NCBI GenBank assembly: GCA_003483065.1
Contig: DMWY01000013.1
Coordinates: 1 to 60,681 of the forward strand
Length of the DNA: 60,681 nucleotides
Origin: Candidatus Moraniibacteriota bacterium
GTDB lineage: Bacteria; Patescibacteriota; Minisyncoccia; Moranbacterales; UBA2206
Direction of reading: 5' to 3'
This document shows, one piece after another, positions 48,317 through 58,311 of this stretch (position 1 is the first letter of the stretch; each line of letters starts with the position of its first letter). The notes under the pieces are model-generated. The model saw nothing but the letters and a program-made list of their open reading frames with translations, did no database searches and had not been told where the DNA came from. A program made the position numbers and the translations under genes.

Positions 48317-51300
48317 ATGCCAACGATAACAAACGAAGGTACAAATACACTGTCATCAAGTCTGAAAAATACACTTCCTAATTGTGACAGGATAGATGCT
48401 CTTGTTGGTTATTTCTATTTTTCTGGATTTAAGGATTTGCATAACGAGCTAAAAGACAAGAAAATAAGAATTCTTGTTGGGATGGATATCGATAATAAAA
48501 TCCTTGAAAAAGTATCGACGCTTAAGGAGCTTAATTTTGATCATCATATAGTTGAAACTAATATTTCTTCTCGCTCAGGTGCAAAAGAAGATTATATCGA
48601 AAATTTTTCTAAAATCTTTAACGATACTGACTATTTTGATAATGAAGAGTCGCAAAAAGCTTTTGAGATATTTCTTGATAAAATTAAGGACGGTAGCTTG
48701 GAAATTAAAAAAACTGCTGAGGCGAATCATTCTAAATTTTATATATTGCACGAAAAAACAGAACAGAGAGGAATTGTAATTGTTGGATCTAGCAATTTAA
48801 CAATTTCTGGACTTAAAGAACAACGAGAGCACAATATTGTTCTTTCAGAAAAACATTACTACGAAAGTCATATAAAGGATTTTGAAAATTGCTGGAATGA
48901 TCCAAGCAATATTGTGATTACCGATATTGAATCCTCAGAAAACTTTATCAAAGAAGTAAAAAGAAAAATATGGCTGTATTCATTGCCTGAACCATCGTTA
49001 ATGTATTATAGAGTTCTCAGTGAATATTTCGCGATTACGGAAATAGAGAATATGAAAACTCCCAAGAATATTACGGGTGGCAAGTTTTCCGATCTTAAAT
49101 ATCAAAAAGACGCTATTAATTTGGGAATTGATAGAATAAAAAAATTCGGCGGAGTTATAATTGCAGATGTGGTTGGGCTTGGGAAGAGTGTTGTGGCCTC
49201 TGCCATTGCTCATAATCTTGGAATTAAAACGATTATTATCGCGCCTCCACATCTCGAAAGTCAGTGGAAAGATTATATGGCCGAATTTGATTTTAAGGGA
49301 TTTGTTTATACTACTGGAAAAATCGAGGAAGCTTTTGAAAGACATGGCAATGATGAGGGTAGACTTTTAATTATTCTTGATGAAGCCCACAAACATAGGA
49401 ATGAGGACACTGATAATTACAAGGTACTACACAAATTATGTGCCGGTCATTATGTTATGGCGCTTTCCGCAACTCCGTTCAACAATGATCCGAAGGATAT
49501 TTATGCTCTCATAAAGTTATTTAGTACCCCCGGGCAATCTACCATTCGAACAGTGGAAAATCTTAGTATGTCTTTCCACATGCTTTTTAAGAGATATAAG
49601 GCAGTAAGAAAGGAGCTTCGAAAAACTGACAATAAAGGCGGTGATCAAAATTCTGACATTAAAATTGAACTACATGCTATTGCGGATGAATTACGAAGAA
49701 TGATAGAGCCACTTATTATTCGTCGATCAAGGTTAGATTTGGAAGAAATTGAAGAATATCGAAACGATTTGAAAGTTCAGGGAGTTGCTTTTGCCAAGGT
49801 AAAAGATCCGGAATTACTTGAATATGATTTAGGTGATATGTTTGAAATGTATATAGATACGCTTGAGAAAATTTCTCCTGAAGATAAAAGTACGAATTTT
49901 ATTGGTGCTCGTTATAAGCCAGCAAGTTATATTAAACAAGGATCAGAATTTATTTATAAATTAGTTGAAAATGACGATGATGATGAGGGTATTTCTGCCG
50001 AAGAAAAAATACAGCAAATTAAACAGGCACAGGTAAACATCGCTAAGTTTATGCGGAGATTGCTCGTGAGGCGTTTTGAAAGTTCGATTGGTGCATTTAA
50101 TATTTCTCTTGGAAATATGATCACTTCCACAGAAGTGATGCTTGATTGGTATGTAAATAGAAAAGAAGTTCCTATTTATAAAAAAGGCGCTCTTCCCGAT
50201 GTTGAATATTTAAATGATATGAATGATCAAGAAAGAGAAGAGTTGCTAGCTAAATTTGAAGACAAGGGACTTATTAGAATACCTGTGTCTGAACTTCAAC
50301 CTGAATTCGAACAGCACCTAAAGGACGACATTAGATTACTTAAGGAAATACAAGTTAAATGGGCAGGCAATAAGAATGATCCTAAATTCGATTTTCTTAG
50401 AAATAGATTGTCTGATTCTATTGCTAGGGACAGAAAAAGGAAAATAATTATATTTACTGAATTTTCAGATACAGCAAATTATATTTATCAAAAATTAAGC
50501 GACGATGGATTTAAAAGAGTTTTTAAATATAGTTCGGAAGATGCCTCAGATGAAAATAAAAGAATAATCAGAACTAATTTTGATGCTGGATTGGATGATC
50601 TGAAACAGGCAGATGATTTTGACGTCATTATCGCAACTGATGCGATCTCAGAAGGTTTTAATCTTCATCGTGCCGGAACAGTTATCAATTATGACATCCC
50701 GTATAACCCCACGAGAGTAATCCAGCGAGTTGGTCGTATCAATCGTATAAATAAAAAAGTTTTTGAAGAACTCTATATTTATAACTTTTTCCCTACATTA
50801 ACCGGCGAGTTAGAGACGCGCACAAAAGCAATTTCAACATTGAAAATGGATTTGATCCATACGCTTTTGGGCGAAGACACAAAAACACTTACATCCGAAG
50901 AAGATTTGAAAAATTATTTTGCGAAACAATATAAAGAGGAAAATTCCAAAAATGAAAGTTTGTCATGGGATGCTCCATATAGAAATACTTGGCTCAAAAT
51001 AAAAGATGATCAGGAAATAATGCGTAAAATTTCTGGAATTCCGCATAGATCAAGAATAGCTAGAAAAGCAAAAATTTCTGGTGTGGTGGCCTTTGCCAAA
51101 AAGAGTGGAAATTTCGTTTTTGCATTTGGTGAGAATCCAGAAAATGTGCAAATCGTTTCTCCGCAATTTGCTTTGCCATTATTTGATGACATCGCTGATT
51201 CTGAAAAAGCTTTGCAAACAAGTATCAATTTTGAACCAATTTATAAAATTACAAAAGAGCATATTTTCAAGGACAACACTAAGGCACCAGTAGATAGCGG

Positions 51301-51589
51301 GAGAAAACAGGATTCTCTTAATAAAATTAAGATTCTTGCAGATAGCTATCCACAAGCAAAAGATCTTTGTATCGATGTTATTCGTGTAATTAAGGATTTG
51401 GACGGTCTGCCTAATGGTGTGCTCAAAGAAATTGCTGAATTAAAGATTGATAAAAATGATTTTGACAAAGCCTTTCAAGAACTTCGCGAATTGGTGCCAC
51501 ATAAATATCTCGAAAATATATTCAAAACAGCAGAGCGAGCCAATGACTCCGGAAAGTTAATTGTATTATCTGAAGAATTAATCGCATGA
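48317..51589 (+). CDS. PLD (HKD) nuclease domain fused to an SNF2-family SF2 helicase
   Basis: HKD motif NHSKFYILHEK..VGSSNLTISG. Helicase motifs ADVVGLGKS, ILDEAHKHRN, LSATPFNN, TDAISEGFNLH, VIQRVGRINR. Confidence 0.88.
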   Translation: MPTITNEGTNTLSSSLKNTLPNCDRIDALVGYFYFSGFKDLHNELKDKKIRILVGMDIDNKILEKVSTLKELNFDHHIVETNISSRSGAKEDYIENFSKIFNDTDYFDNEESQKAFEIFLDKIKDGSLEIKKTAEANHSKFYILHEKTEQRGIVIVGSSNLTISGLKEQREHNIVLSEKHYYESHIKDFENCWNDPSNIVITDIESSENFIKEVKRKIWLYSLPEPSLMYYRVLSEYFAITEIENMKTPKNITGGKFSDLKYQKDAINLGIDRIKKFGGVIIADVVGLGKSVVASAIAHNLGIKTIIIAPPHLESQWKDYMAEFDFKGFVYTTGKIEEAFERHGNDEGRLLIILDEAHKHRNEDTDNYKVLHKLCAGHYVMALSATPFNNDPKDIYALIKLFSTPGQSTIRTVENLSMSFHMLFKRYKAVRKELRKTDNKGGDQNSDIKIELHAIADELRRMIEPLIIRRSRLDLEEIEEYRNDLKVQGVAFAKVKDPELLEYDLGDMFEMYIDTLEKISPEDKSTNFIGARYKPASYIKQGSEFIYKLVENDDDDEGISAEEKIQQIKQAQVNIAKFMRRLLVRRFESSIGAFNISLGNMITSTEVMLDWYVNRKEVPIYKKGALPDVEYLNDMNDQEREELLAKFEDKGLIRIPVSELQPEFEQHLKDDIRLLKEIQVKWAGNKNDPKFDFLRNRLSDSIARDRKRKIIIFTEFSDTANYIYQKLSDDGFKRVFKYSSEDASDENKRIIRTNFDAGLDDLKQADDFDVIIATDAISEGFNLHRAGTVINYDIPYNPTRVIQRVGRINRINKKVFEELYIYNFFPTLTGELETRTKAISTLKMDLIHTLLGEDTKTLTSEEDLKNYFAKQYKEENSKNESLSWDAPYRNTWLKIKDDQEIMRKISGIPHRSRIARKAKISGVVAFAKKSGNFVFAFGENPENVQIVSPQFALPLFDDIADSEKALQTSINFEPIYKITKEHIFKDNTKAPVDSGRKQDSLNKIKILADSYPQAKDLCIDVIRVIKDLDGLPNGVLKEIAELKIDKNDFDKAFQELRELVPHKYLENIFKTAERANDSGKLIVLSEELIA

Positions 51590-54500
51590 TGAAATTTAAT
51601 GAAAAATACAATCCCGAAGAATTCCACAGTTTCTTGGAAGATTTTTTGCCTGCGGATTTTGCGAAAAATGAAAAGGATATTGTTATCAATAAAGATCGAT
51701 ATAAAATAATTACCAACGCAAAAGAGTTGGGATTTTGTGAGTCACTTGATTTGTATATTTTGGAAATGGAACATAATCGTGAAAAGGATCCGCGGGTTGC
51801 CATTACCACGGATGCTTTCAAAATCCTAGCTGACCATTGGATACATAGAGCGCTAGTTGTATTTAAAAATAATGACTCGGAAAATTATCGATTTTCATAT
51901 CTTACTATCTCCCTTGATATAAATGATAAAAACAAGGCAATTAAAAAGTATTCCAATGCACGCAGGTATTCTTTTTATTTAGGTGTTGATTCTAAAGTGA
52001 GAACACCTGAGCAACAACTTATCAAGAAAGGAAAAATTCAGAATATTGATGATCTATTTAGCAGATTTTCGGTGGAGGTGGTCAATAAACAATTTTATTT
52101 GGAGGTAGCGAAACATTTTGACGAGCTTGTTTTAAGCGAGGATAAAAATCTTGTGCTTCCTAGTGTGTCGCAAGAAGATGTTAATTTTAGAAAAAGTTTT
52201 GCAGTGCGGTTAATCGGTCGGTTGATGTTCTGTTGGTTTTTGAAACAGAAAAAATCTGATAAGGGTCAGCTTATCCCGGATGAATTGCTTTCTTCAAGTA
52301 TAGTTGCGGATAATTATTATCACAATATCCTTGAGCCATTATTTTTTGGCGCCTTAAACACAATTATTGAGGCTCGTGATATTCGGAGCGATTTATTTGA
52401 TAAAGTGCCATATCTTAACGGAGGACTCTTTAATCCTCAGTCGGATGATTATTATGAAGTAGATCGTGGAACTTTTACCTCTAAACATATAAACACTCTC
52501 AAAATCAGCGACTCTTGGTTTAGAAACTTTTTTGAACTTCTGGAAACTTATAATTTCACTATTGATGAAAATACCGTCTTTGATCAAGAGCTTTCGGTTG
52601 ATCCGGAAATGCTAGGCAGAATTTTTGAAAATCTGCTGGCAGAAATTAATCCGGAAACTGGAAGTAGCGAAAGAAAAAGAACAGGGAGTTTCTATACTCC
52701 TCGCCAAATCGTAGAATATATGGTTGATCAGTCGCTCATTGAATATTTCAAGACAAAAACTAGAATAGATTCTAATAAACTCACTGCTCTTGTGAGTTAC
52801 GATCTGAATGATGACGCTGATTATCCGCTTTCTGAAGAAGAAAAAATGAGCATAGTGATGGCGATTGAGTCTTTGAAAATTCTTGACCCTGCCTGTGGAT
52901 CGGGAGCATACCCAATTGGAGCACTTCAAAAAATAGTATACATTCTTCAGTTAGTTGATCCGGATTGTAAGTTATGGCTCAATGAAAAATTAAAAGGTAT
53001 TCCCGAATTGTATAAACAAAAGATAATCAATGAAGTTCAGTCTAACCCTTTCGATTACACTCGCAAACTTGATGTAATAAAAAATTCTATTTTTGGAGTG
53101 GATATTCAGCCGATTGCTGTGGATGTTTCTCGCTTGCGTTGTTTCCTTACGCTAGTTGTCGAGTCAGAGATAGATGACACGAAACCCAACAGAGGCATTG
53201 AGCCATTGCCAAATTTGGATTTTAAATTCGTTTGCGCCAATACTTTGATAGGTTTGCCAAAATTGCAATCCAATAATCTTTTCGAAGATCATTCTGGGGT
53301 TATTGAATTGTCAGCGATAATGTCAGAATATTTTTCGTGCAACAGTCAACGAAAGAATGAAATAAGACTTAAATTTTCCAATACTCAAAAGGATATTTTA
53401 AACAGAACTGTTGCTCATTATGGAAGAAGCACTGGGGAACTTACGCTCAAGCTTATCTCGTGGGATCCATTTAGTAATAATTCTAATTCTTGGTTTGATC
53501 CGGAATGGATGTTTGGTATTGAAGAAAAATTCGACATAGTAATCGGCAATCCTCCTTATGTAAATTTAGTCAGAATTCCTAACGAAGAAAGGGATATTTA
53601 TAAGAAAATTTTTACTGTCACTAAAAACAAAGTTGATCTCTACGCTTTTTTTATTGAAAAGTCGCAAGAATTAACAAAGGAAAATGGGACACTTTCTTTT
53701 ATTATACCTCAGACATGGAAAGCCACGGATAGTTTTTTGAAGTTAAGACAATTTATATTAAGACATTTTACAATAAAACAGATTGTAAATTTAGAAATGG
53801 GCGCTTTTACCGCCATTGTTAGACCACTTGTGCTATTACTGAAAAAGGATAAAGAGGAGAATTATAAAATTAATATTTATAATTCAAATTTTAAACATAT
53901 ATCAGAAATTAATATTAATGAAATATTATCTAAGAGTAATTTTGCGATCGACACTGATTCAAGCTATTCAGATAAGAGTTTATTTAACAAGATAGAGTCT
54001 GGCGCAAGACCCCTAGGTGAAATTATCCAATTTACAAGAGGAATAAAAACAAGTGATGATAAAAGATTTATCGGAAAAATTAATAAAAATGAAGAATACA
54101 AAAGGGTTTTCAGGGGTAGAAACATTAAGGCGTATGAACTAAATTGGCAAAAAGAGTATATGCAGTATAGACCAGATTTGATGAGAGAAAAAGTAGGGTG
54201 CCTCCCTCATACAAAAAAACTTTTTGAGGTGCCAATGAAATTAGTTACTCAGCGCGTAAATAGCTCGATGCAATTGCTTGTTGCTATTGATTTTGATTCA
54301 AATTACTTCCTAGACACAACGAATGTGTCTAGACATGAAACTCTAGATGCAAAATATTCAATGCTATTTTTATTGGGTCTACTAAATTCAAAACTAATAA
54401 ATTTTTGGTATTCAAAAAACTTTAGAATGCCTACTATTGGACTATATGAGTTACATTCGGTTCCTGTCAAAGAGACAGAATTTGCGCAAGAAAAAATCTC

Positions 54501-54648
54501 TAAACTTGTAAAGGATATACTTCAATTCAAAAAATCAGGCAAAGAAAAAGATGCGAAAGATATGCAATTTAAAATTGATGAATTAGTTTATGAGTTGTAT
54601 GGCCTGACAGATGAAGAAATAAAAATTGTGGAAGGAAAAAATGGATGA
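51586..54648 (+). CDS. Eco57I/PglX/DrmMI-type N6-adenine DNA methyltransferase with a C-terminal target-recognition region
   Basis: SFYTPRQIVEYMV, ILDPACGSGAYP, IFGVDIQPIAV, FDIVIGNPPYV. ATGA overlap with the helicase stop. Confidence 0.88.
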   Translation: MMKFNEKYNPEEFHSFLEDFLPADFAKNEKDIVINKDRYKIITNAKELGFCESLDLYILEMEHNREKDPRVAITTDAFKILADHWIHRALVVFKNNDSENYRFSYLTISLDINDKNKAIKKYSNARRYSFYLGVDSKVRTPEQQLIKKGKIQNIDDLFSRFSVEVVNKQFYLEVAKHFDELVLSEDKNLVLPSVSQEDVNFRKSFAVRLIGRLMFCWFLKQKKSDKGQLIPDELLSSSIVADNYYHNILEPLFFGALNTIIEARDIRSDLFDKVPYLNGGLFNPQSDDYYEVDRGTFTSKHINTLKISDSWFRNFFELLETYNFTIDENTVFDQELSVDPEMLGRIFENLLAEINPETGSSERKRTGSFYTPRQIVEYMVDQSLIEYFKTKTRIDSNKLTALVSYDLNDDADYPLSEEEKMSIVMAIESLKILDPACGSGAYPIGALQKIVYILQLVDPDCKLWLNEKLKGIPELYKQKIINEVQSNPFDYTRKLDVIKNSIFGVDIQPIAVDVSRLRCFLTLVVESEIDDTKPNRGIEPLPNLDFKFVCANTLIGLPKLQSNNLFEDHSGVIELSAIMSEYFSCNSQRKNEIRLKFSNTQKDILNRTVAHYGRSTGELTLKLISWDPFSNNSNSWFDPEWMFGIEEKFDIVIGNPPYVNLVRIPNEERDIYKKIFTVTKNKVDLYAFFIEKSQELTKENGTLSFIIPQTWKATDSFLKLRQFILRHFTIKQIVNLEMGAFTAIVRPLVLLLKKDKEENYKINIYNSNFKHISEININEILSKSNFAIDTDSSYSDKSLFNKIESGARPLGEIIQFTRGIKTSDDKRFIGKINKNEEYKRVFRGRNIKAYELNWQKEYMQYRPDLMREKVGCLPHTKKLFEVPMKLVTQRVNSSMQLLVAIDFDSNYFLDTTNVSRHETLDAKYSMLFLLGLLNSKLINFWYSKNFRMPTIGLYELHSVPVKETEFAQEKISKLVKDILQFKKSGKEKDAKDMQFKIDELVYELYGLTDEEIKIVEGKNG

Positions 54649-57600
54649 TAAAATACTGCCAAAATCTATTGGCGGGGGTGAATTTTCTCCGGCTCAACTA
54701 TCCTCAGTACAAGATGACCTTTGCGATAAGTTAGATTCACTCCATAGTAAATATGGTCTTAGTGTAAAACCCTCAAGCATGTTAAGAGGCGCGGTTTTTG
54801 TCACGCAAAAAGAACTTCGAAATAATTCTGATTGGATGACGCAAGCAGCTAATTCGCTTAGAGAAATTTTGTATCCTTTTTATAGCAAGGAAATAAAAAA
54901 TATTCCTAGTAACAAAAAGAATATTTTAGAAGAATATGGCTCAGTGCGCGCCACTGATGATAAATTGATTCAAGAAATGGGGAGGGTATATGGACTTTTA
55001 AATGGACTTGCTCATCATGGCAATATCAAAAAAAACAATGTTGATTTATCCAAATTTAGCCCAGAGGATTTCGAAAAGCTGTTTATTGATTTTGAAAGCG
55101 TGATGTTAAAAGCATTGTCTCGCCAATTAGATATACATCAACAGGTAGATAAAATAATTACGAGTAAAGAAATAGAAATAGACGCTTCTGATATTAAGGA
55201 TTTAATCAATCTTAATTTTGATACTCACCAGTATTTTTTCTTCAAAGCTGATAATCGATGGCTAAAGTGGCTATGGAAAAATGGATTCCTGGAGATTGTA
55301 AAAGAAAAAGGTAAAGATGAAAACCAATTTTCATATACTTTGCCGGAGCTTCAGTATCTTGTAAATATTTCAGAGAAAGATCCTACTGGTGTTGTGGATA
55401 TTATACTTCAAGTCCCAGTTTCCAAAGAAAATTTCAATCCGGAAGTCGTTAGTAGGTTTTTATGGATATGTGGATCTTTGGCCGCAGATCAGGTTGCTAG
55501 AATTGTTTCGAAAATAAGAGATGAAAAATGGATTCAGCTGATGAGGAGATTTAACAATTTCGGATTTGAATATGAGAAAATGCTTGAAAAGCTTTTTGAA
55601 GCAAAAGATTGGAGCAATCTTCTGGTTCTCGCTGAAGCGGTTCTTGCAATTTATCCGAAAAAAGATGTGACCGAGGAAGAAAATGAATATGAAACAGACA
55701 ATCCGTTTTATTTTAAGGATCTCAGGCAAATAAAAGTGTTCGAATATCTAGTCTCTGTTGATGATAAAAACTTGGAAAAATTCCTAGGATTAGTTTTGGA
55801 CGTGATGAAAAAAATAATTCCAAGCGAAAAAAGGAAAAATAAGAGTAAGTTTTTTGAGATAGCTGATAGCGTCGGTTTCTATGATGTAGATTTTTTCACT
55901 CTTGAGTTTGATGATGAGAGGCATCTATCATACAGGGATGATGTAAAAAATATTGCGACAACGATGAAGAAGCTTGTCCAGCGAATGATTGAAAAAAATC
56001 AATCTAACCCGAAGAATGTCAGAAAGGTGTATGAAAAATATGTAGATACTCTCCCGCTCAGTCAAACAATGTGGCGTTTTCGGTTGTTTGTTTTAGCTCA
56101 GCGCCCAGATGTTTTTAAGGAGGAGTTAAAAAAGGCCTTTTTTGAATTTTTCGAGAAAGAAGAATCTTACGAATTGATTCTGGGCGCGGAATATGATCAG
56201 GCGCTAAAAAAAGGATTTTCAATATTGTCTAATGATGAAAAGAGGCAATATGTAGAAAAGGTAGTCGATTTTTTTGGCAAAAAAAGAGAAGACCAAACAG
56301 ATGAAAAATGGCACAAGCATAAGGGGCGAGAAATGTTAGCGTGTGTTTATTCTGAACTCACCGAAGAGGAAAGGAATAATGCAGAGAAGATTTTGAAAGG
56401 CAAAATTGAAAAGGAGTTTAATCCAGAACCAAGTATAGTTTCTGGAATGGCCGGATGCATTGCTTCAAAGGGGCCGATTTCTCTTGAGGATTTGCAAAAG
56501 ATTTCTGTTCCTGAGGTCGTGGTGAAATTATCAAACGAATGGACGCCAGAAAATCTCCGAAAGATGGACACGGAGAGAGATTTCATGAATCCGTTAAATG
56601 CTGATGGAATGGGTAATTTACTTAAGCAGGATATTGCCCAAAGATTCGATTTGTATGTTTCAAATGCAGAATTATTTTTTGATAGAGAAAAGCTAGATCA
56701 GCATTATACATATTCTTTTTTTCAGGGAGTTTGTGATGTTCTTCGCCAAAATAAATTTCAAGAAAATGTTAATTTGGAAAAAATACTAAGTTTGGTGGAA
56801 AAGATAATTGAATCTGATGAAAAAGAAAGTCTTCCAAAAGATGAAAAAAGGCGAGAAAGATTTGATACCTGGGTTGCCGGTTGGAATTCGGTTTATTATG
56901 CAATGTCAGATGTCGTAAAAGAATTGCTAGGTGAAGGAAAGGACAAAGCACTTATTGATTTTTCAGTCTATCGCGAGAGATTGTTGGCCATTATTAAATA
57001 CTTGCTTTCTCATGGTAGTCCAGATGAGGAAAATAATATGAAAGAAGATGGAAATGATCCATTTTCAGTTGCTATAAATTCAGTCCGAGGGAGAGCATTT
57101 CAGTCATTCGTTTTATTTACCTATCGTGACGGGGATAGTTTTGCTAAGGATGCTGAAGTAAAGATTTCAGATGACGTTAAGAAAATATATGAAAAGATTT
57201 TAGATAAGGAAAAGACCTATGCGATTATGTTTTTGTATGGTCACTATTTGCCGTCATTCTATTATCGCGATAAAAAATGGATCACTAAATTAACCTCGAA
57301 TATTTTTTCGGAAGATGCCGAAAATCACGATCTGTATATTGCCGCTTGGGAAGGATATATCTCTGCAAATATATACGGAGATATGTTTAGCGAGTTTAAA
57401 AATTTGTACGAAAGAGCAATAAAGCTTAATCCTAACAGCTACACAAAAAGGAAATATTTCAGGGAACTGGATGATGGCTTGGCGACACATCTTGCCCTAG
57501 CGTATGTTCACTTTCCGGATTTCAGTATTGATTCAGAATTATTTAAGTTATTTTGGGGAACTTCAAATGCAAAACGACATGAGGAGTTTATTTCTTTTGT

Positions 57601-58123
57601 TGGTCGTCATGCAATCTCTCGCGATGGAGCATTGAAATTTATTCAAGAAAATAAGATAGACATAAAAAATATAAAAAAACTTTGGGATTGGACATTGAAT
57701 AATGTTGTAGATAGAGAGGTGTTTGTCGGCTTTGGTTTTTGGATGGATAAGGAACAAAATGTTTTTGGCAATTCTAAATGGCTAGCCGATCATCTGGGCA
57801 GAACGCTCGAGAAAAGCAAGGGAGAAATAAACTGGGATTATGGATTAATAAAGTCCCTTCCCGCTTTGGCTGAACAAGCGCCGGAAGAAACGCTCAGAAT
57901 ACTGAAAGCATATTTGCTGGATCACTGCCTCAATAAGCCAGAGTCGTTCAGAAATTCTATCTATGTTGATGATTTCCTGTCTGCCTTTAATGTTTTGTAT
58001 AAAAATGGAGATGATGACATGAAATTAAAAATCTATGAACTTATTAATGAGTTGATACTTAAAGGAGGTAGTCGTTTTTGGAAACTTAAGGAGGTTATAG
58101 AAAACAGTAAAATTAAAAAGTAA
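54641..58123 (+). CDS. Large (about 1160 aa) protein of unknown function, predicted mostly helical
   Basis: Long uninterrupted ORF. ATG 54641 overlaps the MTase stop (ATGGATGA). No motif recognised. Confidence 0.8.
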   Translation: MDDKILPKSIGGGEFSPAQLSSVQDDLCDKLDSLHSKYGLSVKPSSMLRGAVFVTQKELRNNSDWMTQAANSLREILYPFYSKEIKNIPSNKKNILEEYGSVRATDDKLIQEMGRVYGLLNGLAHHGNIKKNNVDLSKFSPEDFEKLFIDFESVMLKALSRQLDIHQQVDKIITSKEIEIDASDIKDLINLNFDTHQYFFFKADNRWLKWLWKNGFLEIVKEKGKDENQFSYTLPELQYLVNISEKDPTGVVDIILQVPVSKENFNPEVVSRFLWICGSLAADQVARIVSKIRDEKWIQLMRRFNNFGFEYEKMLEKLFEAKDWSNLLVLAEAVLAIYPKKDVTEEENEYETDNPFYFKDLRQIKVFEYLVSVDDKNLEKFLGLVLDVMKKIIPSEKRKNKSKFFEIADSVGFYDVDFFTLEFDDERHLSYRDDVKNIATTMKKLVQRMIEKNQSNPKNVRKVYEKYVDTLPLSQTMWRFRLFVLAQRPDVFKEELKKAFFEFFEKEESYELILGAEYDQALKKGFSILSNDEKRQYVEKVVDFFGKKREDQTDEKWHKHKGREMLACVYSELTEEERNNAEKILKGKIEKEFNPEPSIVSGMAGCIASKGPISLEDLQKISVPEVVVKLSNEWTPENLRKMDTERDFMNPLNADGMGNLLKQDIAQRFDLYVSNAELFFDREKLDQHYTYSFFQGVCDVLRQNKFQENVNLEKILSLVEKIIESDEKESLPKDEKRRERFDTWVAGWNSVYYAMSDVVKELLGEGKDKALIDFSVYRERLLAIIKYLLSHGSPDEENNMKEDGNDPFSVAINSVRGRAFQSFVLFTYRDGDSFAKDAEVKISDDVKKIYEKILDKEKTYAIMFLYGHYLPSFYYRDKKWITKLTSNIFSEDAENHDLYIAAWEGYISANIYGDMFSEFKNLYERAIKLNPNSYTKRKYFRELDDGLATHLALAYVHFPDFSIDSELFKLFWGTSNAKRHEEFISFVGRHAISRDGALKFIQENKIDIKNIKKLWDWTLNNVVDREVFVGFGFWMDKEQNVFGNSKWLADHLGRTLEKSKGEINWDYGLIKSLPALAEQAPEETLRILKAYLLDHCLNKPESFRNSIYVDDFLSAFNVLYKNGDDDMKLKIYELINELILKGGSRFWKLKEVIENSKIKK

Positions 58124-58124
58124 A

Positions 58125-58259
58125 ATGCCAAAACCAGATCCGGAATGTGATTATTGCAATTATTTGAAGGCAGTGAGAGAAGTAGAAAAAAATCAAAACG
58201 GCGTGGCAATGAATTACAAAATGGGATACTTTTTGGATAAATGGAATTTGATAAAGTAA
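58125..58259 (+). CDS. Possible 44-aa CxxC micro-ORF (not in the ORF track)
   Basis: MPKPDPECDYCNYLKAVREVEKNQNGVAMNYKMGYFLDKWNLIK. Starts 1 nt after the upstream stop. Confidence 0.25.
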   Translation: MPKPDPECDYCNYLKAVREVEKNQNGVAMNYKMGYFLDKWNLIK

Positions 58260-58311
58260 ATGGCGCAAAAAAGAAGAATAATATACGTAAATAATTTAAT
58301 GATTTTTTGTT

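Noticed and set aside
51586-52600. N-terminal PD-(D/E)XK nuclease in the Eco57I-type MTase (which would make it a type IIG enzyme)
   Set aside because: The only candidate stretch, SLDLYILEMEHNREKD, lacks a clear D..E-x-K arrangement. I cannot support a nuclease call by eye and leave it for a profile search.
48317-54648. Classifying the helicase-MTase pair as BREX, type I RM or canonical DISARM
   Set aside because: No PglZ, BrxC or BrxL; no HsdS or HsdR; no DrmA or DrmB (DUF1998-like) gene is present anywhere in the island. Only partial component overlap with class 1 DISARM remains.
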